Virus record (IMG/VR): IMGVR_UViG_3300020336_000268
Span: 1-24,570 of that record
Strand: one strand, 5' to 3'
DNA length: 24,570 bases
Origin: a virus
Taxonomy: Duplodnaviria; Caudoviricetes
The notes beneath the pieces were generated by a model. The model saw nothing but the letters and a program-made list of their open reading frames with translations. It had not been told where the DNA came from and did no database searches. The position numbers and the translations under genes are program-made. How positions within the stretch are numbered: position 1 is the stretch's first letter; every line of letters starts with the position of its first letter. Of the stretch, positions 8,796 to 17,116 are shown one piece after another.

Positions 8796-9506
8796 TTATG
8801 CTTTTGATGCGTAGTATTCTTCTACTTTAGAAAGCCACTTGTCTTGATATTCGTTCCAAGTATCTGGAGTAAGATCAAACTGTTGATACTGTAAGTCTCT
8901 GCTACACATAAAAATGTGTCCTTCACGGATATCAGTACCATATACTTCATTGTGTGCCATTGCATAGGCTACTAACTGTAGATAGTAATCTTCAACCCAT
9001 TCTGCTTTCTTAGGTTTGTTAGTTTGCTTATGGTCCATAATAGCAGGTTTGCCCTTGAACACACCACATAAGTCTGTTGTACCTGAATATAAACCTGGAA
9101 AGTATAATGCTTGTTCTATTGACCATATTTCATCTACATGTTTTAACCCATTTTCAATAATAACATCTGCCATCTTGTTTGCTTGTACATGCACAGGATT
9201 ATTACCTGGTTGCCTTTGTTCGCCTACAACATATCTTTCTAAGTTGTTGTGCATTGCAGTACCAACTCCGGCTGCTTCAGTAGTGATGCGTTTTGCATTG
9301 GCTTCACCAACTCGTTTGCGCCATTCAATAAGATGAGTCATATCTTTAGTTGAACTAAGGATAGTTGTTACACTTGGTAACTTCTCATCGTCTGGAGTTA
9401 GGTAAACACGTTTGCGTGTTACAGGGTCATTGATCTGTTTTAAAGATTTATATTCAAAACGTTCAACAAAAGGCGGTGGTGTCATTTCTATAGTTTCATG
9501 AGTCAT
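8796..9506 (-). CDS. PD-(D/E)XK exonuclease (Cas4/MGME1-like phage exonuclease)
   Basis: LPSVTTILS, WRKRVGE, GTAMH, EQALY, YSGTTD, DHKQT, QLVAYA. Confidence 0.9.
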   Translation of the reverse strand: MTHETIEMTPPPFVERFEYKSLKQINDPVTRKRVYLTPDDEKLPSVTTILSSTKDMTHLIEWRKRVGEANAKRITTEAAGVGTAMHNNLERYVVGEQRQPGNNPVHVQANKMADVIIENGLKHVDEIWSIEQALYFPGLYSGTTDLCGVFKGKPAIMDHKQTNKPKKAEWVEDYYLQLVAYAMAHNEVYGTDIREGHIFMCSRDLQYQQFDLTPDTWNEYQDKWLSKVEEYYASKA

Positions 9507-9513
9507 ACTGTAT

Positions 9514-9542
9514 ATAGTACTACCTTTCTAGTGTTTTGTCAA
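9514..9542 (-). promoter_or_regulatory. sigma70 promoter TTGACA-N17-TACTAT, 7 nt upstream of the exonuclease ATG
   Basis: Read directly; the spacing implies a leaderless or near-leaderless mRNA. Confidence 0.8.
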
Positions 9543-9549
9543 GTGTGGA

Positions 9550-9918
9550 TTATGTTTCTTGAGATAATTGCTGTGGTGCTGCACTTGCTGCTGTTTGATC
9601 TACAGCGTCTTGACTGCTTTGATCACTTTGTGGGGATTGTGGATCTGCGTCTGGTGCACCTGGTACATCCAATTCAATTCCGTCTGCGTTAAAGTTCTTT
9701 ACAAGACTTTGGATTGCAGGACTACTGTCGTAAATTGCTTTGAACGTTTCGTAGTCTGCTGCTAATTGGATTTTATTTTTTAATGCTAAGTTTGAAAGTC
9801 CTGCCCAATTCATTTTGGCGGGAGACTTTTTCATTTCTGCACGTCCGATAATATTTTTTAACAAGATTACATACTTGTCAATAGTTTCGTCGGTACCTGT
9901 GAATTCAAAGAACCTCAT
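9550..9918 (-). CDS. Hypothetical protein, probably head-associated (N-terminus MRFFEF)
   Basis: 122-aa ORF in a late operon; acidic/Gln-rich tail. Confidence 0.75.
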   Translation of the reverse strand: MRFFEFTGTDETIDKYVILLKNIIGRAEMKKSPAKMNWAGLSNLALKNKIQLAADYETFKAIYDSSPAIQSLVKNFNADGIELDVPGAPDADPQSPQSDQSSQDAVDQTAASAAPQQLSQET

Positions 9919-9920
9919 GG

Positions 9921-10259
9921 TTAAACCTCTGTTTGTGCTTTTCTAAGTTCTCTAACCTGTGCTTCAAGTTCTTGTATTTTGTCTGCAAGTTCTTTTCTTT
10001 CGGCTGCTTTTTGTGCAGGATCTTTTTCTGTTTTTGCTAGAGCGTTTGCTACTGCACCTTTGCCTTTCATAGCGTCTGCAACATCACCAGCACCCATTGC
10101 AGATGCCGCTGCTGCTGTAGCGTTGTATCCTAGTTTGGCTGCACCAACACCGAGCTTGGCTGCACCTTTAACAGCGCCGCCGATACCTCTAGCTACTTTA
10201 CCTATAAGTTCAGTAACTTCTTGGTCGTCTGCATCTTTGATGAACTCATGCAGTCTCAT
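9921..10259 (-). CDS. Hypothetical Ala/Gly-rich protein with coiled-coil tail (N-terminus MRLHEF), probable internal head protein
   Basis: AGGA RBS; low-complexity GAVKGAAKLGVGAAKLG segment. Confidence 0.75.
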   Translation of the reverse strand: MRLHEFIKDADDQEVTELIGKVARGIGGAVKGAAKLGVGAAKLGYNATAAAASAMGAGDVADAMKGKGAVANALAKTEKDPAQKAAERKELADKIQELEAQVRELRKAQTEV

Positions 10260-10262
10260 GTA

Positions 10263-11066
10263 TTATCCTGCTAGTGTCTTAAGTAAGTTTGACTCGTAAT
10301 TAATAGACTCACGTTTTTCACGTCCTGCTGTTTCCATTCCGCCTGCTGCTGGTTCTGCTGTTGCAAAATCATCTGCTGGCTCTTCAGCCGGTGCCTCAGC
10401 GTCTGCTGGTGCAGCCATATCGTCCATTCCACCTTCTTCTGGTTCAGCACCTAACATACCTGTTTGTGCTTCTTCGCCAGTAAGTTGTCTAATAGAACTT
10501 GCTAGTGTTTCACGTGTTGTTTTAAGATTTTCTAATGCTTGTTGGATAGCTGGAGCAGAAGCTTCAATAAATGCTTTTGATTGCTCTTGGCCCATCTCAT
10601 CTCTAATTGAATCGCCTAGTTGAAGAAGTGTTTCGTTTTCCATTCCGGAAAGTTCTTCAATCCAACGTCCAACTCTGTCTACCATAGTTTTAGCAGTTAC
10701 AATTGCACTTGCTTGTTGGATCTCACCTTCGTTTACTTTCATGTCATCTCCTGCGTTTTCTGTTGCTTCAGCTTGGGGAGCCGCTTGTGCAACGTCTAGG
10801 GAATCAATTGCTGCTTCTTCACGTTCTAGTATCTCTGCATTAATAACATCAAGCATTGCTTGTGCTGTTTGCATCGTGTCATCTGTCAAGTCCTCATTAA
10901 ATTTTGAACTTGATTTAGCATCATGGATTTGTGTACGTAACTTATTACGTGCATCTTCTAGTTTCGCCACATCAAATGCTTCAAGATTCAGTTTTTTACC
11001 GAATGTCTTGTGCATCGACTCATTCAGCTTTGCAGCCTTTGTTCTAAATAATTCGTTATGTTTCAT
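10263..11066 (-). CDS. Acidic helical protein, probable prohead core/scaffold-like protein
   Basis: Glu/Ala-rich with many (L/I/V)xE sites (LNE, ILE, VNE); ATAAATA box at 11096-11102. Confidence 0.65.
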   Translation of the reverse strand: MKHNELFRTKAAKLNESMHKTFGKKLNLEAFDVAKLEDARNKLRTQIHDAKSSSKFNEDLTDDTMQTAQAMLDVINAEILEREEAAIDSLDVAQAAPQAEATENAGDDMKVNEGEIQQASAIVTAKTMVDRVGRWIEELSGMENETLLQLGDSIRDEMGQEQSKAFIEASAPAIQQALENLKTTRETLASSIRQLTGEEAQTGMLGAEPEEGGMDDMAAPADAEAPAEEPADDFATAEPAAGGMETAGREKRESINYESNLLKTLAG

Positions 11067-11102
11067 TTTCTACAATCCCCAAAAGTTGTTATATGTATTT
11101 AT

Positions 11103-11543
11103 TCAAAACTCCGCTAATTGCTCTGCTTCCGACTTGGCATTTATTGCTCTAAACTTAGCTTCTTCGTACCTAATCCACATAACGTCAGCTTTTAGCTCGT
11201 CTTTTGCGTTACAAGCTCTATGAAATCTGTCTAAAAATATATTACTATCTACATAATGACGGCTGTAATATAAGTCTGCTGCAAATAACTGGTCTTGTAG
11301 TGCTTTGTTTTCATTCCATGCTAACAAGTTTGCTATGCGTATTGCTACTGCATTCAAACTTATGTTTTCATATACTAATTTATCCTTTTTCAGTATATTT
11401 TTAAAAGGACCATCTGATTGGATCAGAACGTCACCAACATGGATACCCTTATCTGACTTGGTAGGCAGTATGGTTCCTTGTTCGAGAAACTCTCTGTAAG
11501 TCTTAGTTACGAGCTGTTCAAAACGTTTAGAAATATTTGTCAT
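11103..11543 (-). CDS. Hypothetical protein
   Basis: 146-aa ORF, co-oriented and tightly packed. Confidence 0.75.
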   Translation of the reverse strand: MTNISKRFEQLVTKTYREFLEQGTILPTKSDKGIHVGDVLIQSDGPFKNILKKDKLVYENISLNAVAIRIANLLAWNENKALQDQLFAADLYYSRHYVDSNIFLDRFHRACNAKDELKADVMWIRYEEAKFRAINAKSEAEQLAEF

Positions 11544-11565
11544 AAAAAAAAGGACCTTTCGTCCT
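11544..11565 (-). terminator. Rho-independent terminator overlapping a late promoter (TAAATA 11569-11574) and the next translation start
   Basis: AGGAC-GAAAG-GTCCT then a T-run (8 T including the last stem base) directly followed by ATG. Confidence 0.7.
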
Positions 11566-11595
11566 GTGTATTTACAACTTAATTAGTTTGGTAGG

Positions 11596-11823
11596 TTACA
11601 TCTTGAGTAGTATAGTAACTACTATCGAAAGGACTGCTGCAATTATTGTTCCTGCTGTACCAATTATAACTTTGGTTAAGCTCTTTTGACCGTCCGTAAT
11701 ATCTTTGTGAATGTGTTCTACTTTCTTTTCTAAATTTTCGAGGCGGCCTTCTAACTGCTCGTACCTTTCTTGGCACAAGTCAACATGGGCTTCTAAATTT
11801 TTCTTTTCTAGGCTAGTTGCCAT
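11596..11823 (-). CDS. Small coiled-coil protein with one C-terminal transmembrane helix (holin-/XhlA-like architecture)
   Basis: HVDLCQERYEQLEGRLENLEKKV heptads; IIGTAGTIIAAVLSIVVTILL; GGAG RBS. Confidence 0.7.
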   Translation of the reverse strand: MATSLEKKNLEAHVDLCQERYEQLEGRLENLEKKVEHIHKDITDGQKSLTKVIIGTAGTIIAAVLSIVVTILLKM

Positions 11824-11952
11824 TTTACATTCTCTCCGAATACCGTTAATTTAATAACTCTCTAGGTATTGCCTTTTTGAATGTGCCTTGTGTTAGCTGT
11901 TATCTGTCCTATGCTTTTAGTGTTTGCCTTTTACTTTCAACAAAAGTATTTA

Positions 11953-12237
11953 TCATTTTCCTCTAGAAGTTAGGGCTCTAATCATCTTTTTAATGAGTCC
12001 TAATTCCTCTTTAACCACGCCTAAACCGTCCTGTGCTTTAGTTGTACGCAGGAGCATATCTTTTATTACCAACATAACCCAAATCCACCATGTAAAACAT
12101 ACTGTAGACATTATAACTATCCCTATGTATGCATAGGTGTCTAATTTTTGATAGACACCAAACAGTGCCAACAGGAAACCTACAAACATGAAGCAGCTGG
12201 TTCCGAACATAATTATATTCCAATGATGGTCTTTCAT
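11953..12237 (-). CDS. Two-TM membrane protein with coiled-coil tail
   Basis: Two hydrophobic segments; TAAATA-ATAGT-ATG leaderless start (box at 12243-12248). Confidence 0.7.
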   Translation of the reverse strand: MKDHHWNIIMFGTSCFMFVGFLLALFGVYQKLDTYAYIGIVIMSTVCFTWWIWVMLVIKDMLLRTTKAQDGLGVVKEELGLIKKMIRALTSRGK

Positions 12238-12279
12238 ACTATTATTTACTCGCTGTTTGGTAGAGGATTGTGTCTACAC

Positions 12280-12657
12280 TTAATTGGCTGGTTTAAGCCA
12301 TACGTTTGCGTGTTCGCCTCTTGTTATAAAGCACTTCTTGTCAAACGTAACGTTATTATTTAAATTACTAATTATCGGAATACTTTCTAAGTCATCTTTA
12401 AGTAAACCTACTGGGTCGCCGTCTTTTAAAAATACATCTTCACTTTCTACGTAGAATGACCAATACCATTTAGTATCAATATCTTTGTACTCGATCATTT
12501 TAGGTTGTTCGTCCCATGTGCATAATGCTCTAAGTTCTATGCCTTGCACTAACGCATTGAAGTTTGATTGTTGGGCATGTCGTAGGGAACTTGTGTCTTG
12601 CCTATCGGGATTGGACTCTGTTATGTCAACGGTGGTTTCTACTTTGTATCTGATCAT
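12280..12657 (-). CDS. Hypothetical phage protein
   Basis: T.VDIT...QQSNFNALVQ.I.LR pattern; TAAATA box (12664-12669) 6 nt upstream of the ATG. Confidence 0.75.
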   Translation of the reverse strand: MIRYKVETTVDITESNPDRQDTSSLRHAQQSNFNALVQGIELRALCTWDEQPKMIEYKDIDTKWYWSFYVESEDVFLKDGDPVGLLKDDLESIPIISNLNNNVTFDKKCFITRGEHANVWLKPAN

Positions 12658-12677
12658 TACTCATATTTACCAGCCAT

Positions 12678-12712
12678 AAAAAAAGGGTGCCATATAACTG
12701 ACACCCTTTTTC
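12678..12712 (-). terminator. Rho-independent terminator after the two MADL genes
   Basis: AAAAAGGGTGTCA-GTTATA-TGGCACCCTTTTTTT. Confidence 0.9.
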
Positions 12713-12726
12713 GTATTTAGAAACTA

Positions 12727-13143
12727 TTAACTAAATGTTGCTGCTGCAATTGTAAAGTTAGTAGAATTTCCTGAAGCTGCATTTTCAGCTGCTTTGATAG
12801 CTGCTTCTAATACACCATAACCAACAGTAGTACCGTCAGTGTCATAGACGTGTGAAGTATCTAATCCAAGTGTTAGTGCCATCACTGTGTTACTAACTCT
12901 TTCAAAGTGGTATACTTCTGCACCTGCTTGAGCAATACCTTTAATTACTGCGTCTGCAGAACCACCAGCTGTAGTAAACTGGGCTGCTGCAAATGGTGTA
13001 TCACCACCAGCTGTAATTTTTAAGAAAGTAAGCTCACGTGTGCCCAACTGTGACATTGGTTGTGCTGCTTTTTGGTTATTCGCTCCAACAGTATAATCTG
13101 TTGAACCGTCGCCTCTTAAGATTTGTGCGTATAAATCTGCCAT
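12727..13143 (-). CDS. Small Ala/Gly/Thr-rich putative virion (decoration-type) protein
   Basis: AGGAGA RBS, strongly biased codon usage, late operon. Confidence 0.7.
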   Translation of the reverse strand: MADLYAQILRGDGSTDYTVGANNQKAAQPMSQLGTRELTFLKITAGGDTPFAAAQFTTAGGSADAVIKGIAQAGAEVYHFERVSNTVMALTLGLDTSHVYDTDGTTVGYGVLEAAIKAAENAASGNSTNFTIAAATFS

Positions 13144-13164
13144 GTTATTCTCCTATATCCCTAA

Positions 13165-13539
13165 TTAACCTGAAATACCAGGAATAGTAGCTTCAATTGA
13201 CATAGTAACGCCAGTTGAACCTGTTCCGAAGTTTGAACCTGCTGTCATTACGCCTGTACCTTGTACAACTACAAATGCATCGTTAGTGTTTTTGTCTAAG
13301 CCAACAATTGTGTTTGCATCATTAGTACCAGAAACATCACCAGCTTGGATATAAACCAATGCTGCTTCGATTTCTGAATCTGTAATAGATGATTTAGCTA
13401 ATTTAATAACTCTAGTTAAACCTGCAATACCGTTAGTATCACCGTTTGCTGGTAATCTGTTGTCGCCTAATTCTGCAACACCAGTTCCACTGTTATTAAA
13501 AGTTTGGAAGACGCCGCTTCCGTTTGATAGATCTGCCAT
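13165..13539 (-). CDS. Small Gly/Thr/Ser-rich putative virion (decoration-type) protein
   Basis: GAGGAG RBS; ATAAATA late box at 13601-13607. Confidence 0.7.
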   Translation of the reverse strand: MADLSNGSGVFQTFNNSGTGVAELGDNRLPANGDTNGIAGLTRVIKLAKSSITDSEIEAALVYIQAGDVSGTNDANTIVGLDKNTNDAFVVVQGTGVMTAGSNFGTGSTGVTMSIEATIPGISG

Positions 13540-13657
13540 AATATTATCTCCTCGATTATTAAATGATCCCGCTCAGGGACCGGCTTTTTTCTTACACTCT
13601 TATTTATCTTTTGGGTAAAAACTTATGGGTTTTGGGGTGATTTTTGACTAAAAACGC

Positions 13658-14770
13658 TTAATCTGCTCTAAAAGGTGTCCATCTATCACGTGGAACTAAC
13701 TTAACTTTGTCTTTAGTCTTAACAAAGCCTTCACCTCCGGGCTTGCCACCTGTTGTAGCAACTACATCACCTTCTGCTTTATCAAGCTCTGCAATTACTT
13801 CATTCTTAGCTTTCATAAGCTCTGTAACAAGGAAAAATATGTTTGCCGCAGTTTGCTTACTACTGTCTATAATACTTATAATCTTTTGCTGTTTATTGGC
13901 GGAAACCTTTGAATTTTGAAGCCAATTAAGGAAACTGTCTACTCTTAGGTCGTCTAGCTTTTTAGCTCTACTCATTTGATTTACAAATGTGTACATGATA
14001 TCGCTGATATCACTTAGTCCAGGACGCTTCTCAAAAAACTTAGCAATGTTTGCCTGTTCTTTGTTTGCTACCTTTTCTATGTTGCCTAAGTTATCTGCAT
14101 TCACTGGCGGTGCTTTGCTTACGTACTGTTGTCCTAATACTAAAAGATCTGCTGTGCCATTAAATTGTTTTACATCTTCGATGGGTGTGCCTGACTTATC
14201 GCCAAAGTATTCATATGCTGAATGTGCTGCAACACCAACTTTACTTTTGCCTACCTTACGTCCAATATCACTTTGTGCCTTAACATTGTAAGTAGTTTGA
14301 TTAGGAGTAAAACTAATTGCTCCGTCACTGCCTTGATAAGGTTTACCTGGATGGTATAGTAAGTCACCATACATGTAACCTCTGAAGTCCGGTGGAGTCG
14401 CTGCTTCGAATATCGGCCATAGGCTTGCCATATCTTTTGCAAACTTAGGTCTCCAATCTTCGCCCTTGCCTCTGCTGTTGATAAACTTTTCTAAGTCATC
14501 AGCTGAGTTAGACTTACCTTCTTCCTTACCCCAATTATTTTTTCCAACTAATCTAAACTGTCCGTCATCTTCACGCCCCCAGTACACTGTTGGATTACCA
14601 TCCCATTTAACTGCAACATCACTAGCATCTTGCTCCATGCTTTTAAGAATTTCAACTGCACGTTTAGCACCGTCACTAGGATTAGTAAACACTAGGTCTT
14701 CTAAGTGATTAAACTCTCTACCTACTGCTTCTGTTAATACTGCTTCTGTTAAAAACTCAAAAGCTCTCAT
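13658..14770 (-). CDS. Ligase-superfamily (KxDG) nucleotidyltransferase-like phage protein
   Basis: HLEDL, motif I VKWDG, YGDLLY, motif IV GEGFV, motif V KLV.R. Confidence 0.65.
   Translation of the reverse strand: MRAFEFLTEAVLTEAVGREFNHLEDLVFTNPSDGAKRAVEILKSMEQDASDVAVKWDGNPTVYWGREDDGQFRLVGKNNWGKEEGKSNSADDLEKFINSRGKGEDWRPKFAKDMASLWPIFEAATPPDFRGYMYGDLLYHPGKPYQGSDGAISFTPNQTTYNVKAQSDIGRKVGKSKVGVAAHSAYEYFGDKSGTPIEDVKQFNGTADLLVLGQQYVSKAPPVNADNLGNIEKVANKEQANIAKFFEKRPGLSDISDIMYTFVNQMSRAKKLDDLRVDSFLNWLQNSKVSANKQQKIISIIDSSKQTAANIFFLVTELMKAKNEVIAELDKAEGDVVATTGGKPGGEGFVKTKDKVKLVPRDRWTPFRAD
14723..14752. repeat. Perfect 15-nt tandem duplication encoding LTEAV-LTEAV
   Basis: tactgcttctgttaa twice (14723-14737, 14738-14752). 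Confidence 0.95.
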
Positions 14771-15909
14771 TTCTTAATCCTTTGTAATAGTTCATCTTTC
14801 GTAAGTTTAAACCTACTGTTCTTCCAGTCTGCTTTTAGAGTATTTAGTGTATTTCCTATCTCTGGTCCAGGTTTCATTCCCATGCGTATTAGGTCCTGTC
14901 CGTCTACAGGAAATGCAGGAATGTCTGAGTCTATATCTAAATTGTCCTTGCCTTGCATTTTTGCTAGTGCTGTAATTAGGTTACGGCTTATACCGTCAGC
15001 TAACATATCTTCTACTTTGTTTTGATCAAGTGCGTTGTCTTTGTGTTTAACTAGAAACTTAATTATTTGTGCTTCTGGATTAGACATCTTCCAACGACTT
15101 GCAATATCACCTTCGTTACCTAATTGTACTAGTGCTATTAACGGATCTTTTGTATCCTTTACTGCATTTACATTGTTTACGTTTAATCCTATAGCTTTGG
15201 CTACACCTGTTTTACTCATTGCTGTTAAAGTATCTACAACATTTTGTCCTGTAAGAAGTTTAGATACTTCTTGCCAAACACGTTCTACACTTATCTTTTT
15301 CAATCCACTTGCAGTCTTTTTAATAGCAGCGAGTGTATCTTTATCAAAACTTGGTTTGTCTAATCTACTTTGAAATCTAAAATATCTAAGAATACGTAGG
15401 TAGTCTTCTTTAATTCTTTCTTCAGGATCTCCAACAAACTTTGAAACTTTATTTTGTAAATCGTCCATGCCATTATAGTAATCATGAACTTCACCGTCCA
15501 TGCTCATACTCATAGCATTGTAAGTTAAATCTCTGCGCTTTGCGTCTTGTTCCCAAGAACGTACAAATTCAACGTCAGCATGTCTGCCATCTGTTTCTTT
15601 ATCTGCTCTTAGTGTGGTAATCTCGTATGGTTCGTTATTATACACGGCTGTGATAGTTCCGTGTTCAACTCCTGTTGGTACGACTTTGATTTTAGACTTT
15701 TCTAAAAACTTTGTCATTTCATCTGGAGTAGCGTCGGTAGCAAAGTCAATGTCTTTAGGCTGTTTACCTAGTACAACATCTCTAACTGCTCCGCCAACAA
15801 GTCTAAGTTCATGCCCGTGTTTTTTAAACAAATTACCTAAAAATTTTATGTCTTTGGTAATTATGTCTTTGTGCTTTTTATCTTCTATTAAGAATTCAAA
15901 AGCTCTCAT
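14767..15909 (-). CDS. cca: Class II tRNA nucleotidyltransferase (CCA-adding enzyme)
   Basis: VGGAVRD, DIDFAT, EITTLR..TDGRHA.VEF, DAKRRDLTYNAM, EDYLRILRYFRF, SVERVWQE. Confidence 0.93.
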   Translation of the reverse strand: MRAFEFLIEDKKHKDIITKDIKFLGNLFKKHGHELRLVGGAVRDVVLGKQPKDIDFATDATPDEMTKFLEKSKIKVVPTGVEHGTITAVYNNEPYEITTLRADKETDGRHADVEFVRSWEQDAKRRDLTYNAMSMSMDGEVHDYYNGMDDLQNKVSKFVGDPEERIKEDYLRILRYFRFQSRLDKPSFDKDTLAAIKKTASGLKKISVERVWQEVSKLLTGQNVVDTLTAMSKTGVAKAIGLNVNNVNAVKDTKDPLIALVQLGNEGDIASRWKMSNPEAQIIKFLVKHKDNALDQNKVEDMLADGISRNLITALAKMQGKDNLDIDSDIPAFPVDGQDLIRMGMKPGPEIGNTLNTLKADWKNSRFKLTKDELLQRIKK

Positions 15910-16055
15910 TTTCTTTTCTTCTTCTTAGTCTTGTCTACGTATGTTGCATGTGGCACGTTTAAATCCTTCTTGCCATACACGGGTCCTACTTTATGCATCT
16001 TTGAAAGTTTGTCAGCTATAGAATAGCGTATGTCTACAACCTCGCTTATTCTCAT
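15906..16055 (-). CDS. Small basic protein, 49 aa (MRISEVVDIRYSIADKLSKMHKVGPVYGKKDLNVPHATYVDKTKKKKRK)
   Basis: Below the ORF-track cutoff; ATGA overlaps with both neighbours. Confidence 0.75.
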   Translation of the reverse strand: MRISEVVDIRYSIADKLSKMHKVGPVYGKKDLNVPHATYVDKTKKKKRK

Positions 16056-16828
16056 TTTACAATATCTATCATCTTACGCATCCAAGCATTGTGATCCGCT
16101 TGATACGTTTCGACTTGTTTATTGTCCGGTAATTCTAAACCGTCTCTTGCGAAAGACTCTACAGCGTCAGCAACAAGTTCATCGTAGTTTGGTAACTTCT
16201 TAATGTAGTTAACAATCGACTCTACTGATTCAAGTGTTGATGGTGTTGCTGTCTGTCCTAATAGGACCTTAGCGATCTGGTTTGGATCTTGTGATACCAG
16301 TTCGTTGGTTTCTCTATCTTTCAGTCCTTCATTTGCTGACCATTTCATACCCTTGGTTTTTGCTATGCTGGAAAGTAAGATGTGTCGATGCATACCTTTA
16401 TAAGGTGAGTTTGGTCCACTTCCCTGCAGGCTGAACTTCATCCAATCTGGATCACCAAACATAAAGTCTGTTTGCACAAAGCCGTTTGAATCATCCCCTT
16501 TGATTGGAGTTTTAAAGTGTACGTTGATGCCTGACTTACGTATCCACTCTTTACCGTTAGCCTCGCCACCGATTTTATCTTGTACCCAAGCAAGAAGCGT
16601 AGCTTCTAAATCTGCTTTTGTTGTACTCGAAACATCGACTGCGAGATCTAAGTCACCACTGGTATCTTTCTTACCAGTTGTTCCTAACATATTGTCTGTG
16701 AGTTCTAAGTTAGTAATTCCTTCCAACCATTGGACAGTAGGTAATACATCGCTCTTTGCAATCCTAATGGTTGCTGGCTTACCTTCCGCGTCCTTAAATA
16801 TGTTACCGCCTTCTAAAAGTAGGGTCAT
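16052..16828 (-). CDS. Pol-beta-superfamily nucleotidyltransferase-like protein
   Basis: LGTTGKK..SGDLDLAV (G-T/S...DxD) and third Asp in FVQTDFM. The ATG at 16828 (MTLLLEGGNIF) is preferred because it follows the upstream stop codon. Confidence 0.7.
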   Translation of the reverse strand: MTLLLEGGNIFKDAEGKPATIRIAKSDVLPTVQWLEGITNLELTDNMLGTTGKKDTSGDLDLAVDVSSTTKADLEATLLAWVQDKIGGEANGKEWIRKSGINVHFKTPIKGDDSNGFVQTDFMFGDPDWMKFSLQGSGPNSPYKGMHRHILLSSIAKTKGMKWSANEGLKDRETNELVSQDPNQIAKVLLGQTATPSTLESVESIVNYIKKLPNYDELVADAVESFARDGLELPDNKQVETYQADHNAWMRKMIDIVK

Positions 16829-16829
16829 G

Positions 16830-17090
16830 TTAGCGTTCTCGTTTCTTTGATTCAACGACTCGTTTAATACCTCTATCAAATTTAGAGGAATCTGAGCCTT
16901 TTATAGAATTTATAAATCTACGCTCCAGCTCAATGGCTGTTGTTTGATCGTAATGCTTATGCATAGATTCTATTAAATTAATAGCTGAGTTAATAATATT
17001 GGTTGCACGACTTTGGATCAGAGATTCCGTATCTCTACGATCTGCAATTTCATTCAATTCTTGTAAAATCGACCTTGTTTTAATTTTCAT
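16830..17090 (-). CDS. Conserved phage hypothetical protein
   Basis: 86 aa, AGGA RBS, downstream of tandem early and late promoters. Confidence 0.75.
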   Translation of the reverse strand: MKIKTRSILQELNEIADRRDTESLIQSRATNIINSAINLIESMHKHYDQTTAIELERRFINSIKGSDSSKFDRGIKRVVESKKRER

Positions 17091-17116
17091 CGTGTTTTCC
17101 TAAATATTACTAAGTG

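Noticed and set aside
8796-9506. Cas4 of a CRISPR system
   Set aside because: No four-Cys cluster motif, no cas genes and no repeat-spacer array anywhere in the window.
708-16850. Many plus-strand and alternative-frame ORFs (e.g. 708-890, 2245-2691, 3235-3609, 8107-8448, 10741-11223, 15035-15373, 16500-16850)
   Set aside because: They lie within or opposite well-supported genes, mostly with TTG/GTG starts and shadow-like composition.
16829-16879. Longer TTG start for the Pol-beta-like gene
   Set aside because: It overlaps the upstream gene by 50 nt; the ATG at 16828 follows that gene's stop directly.
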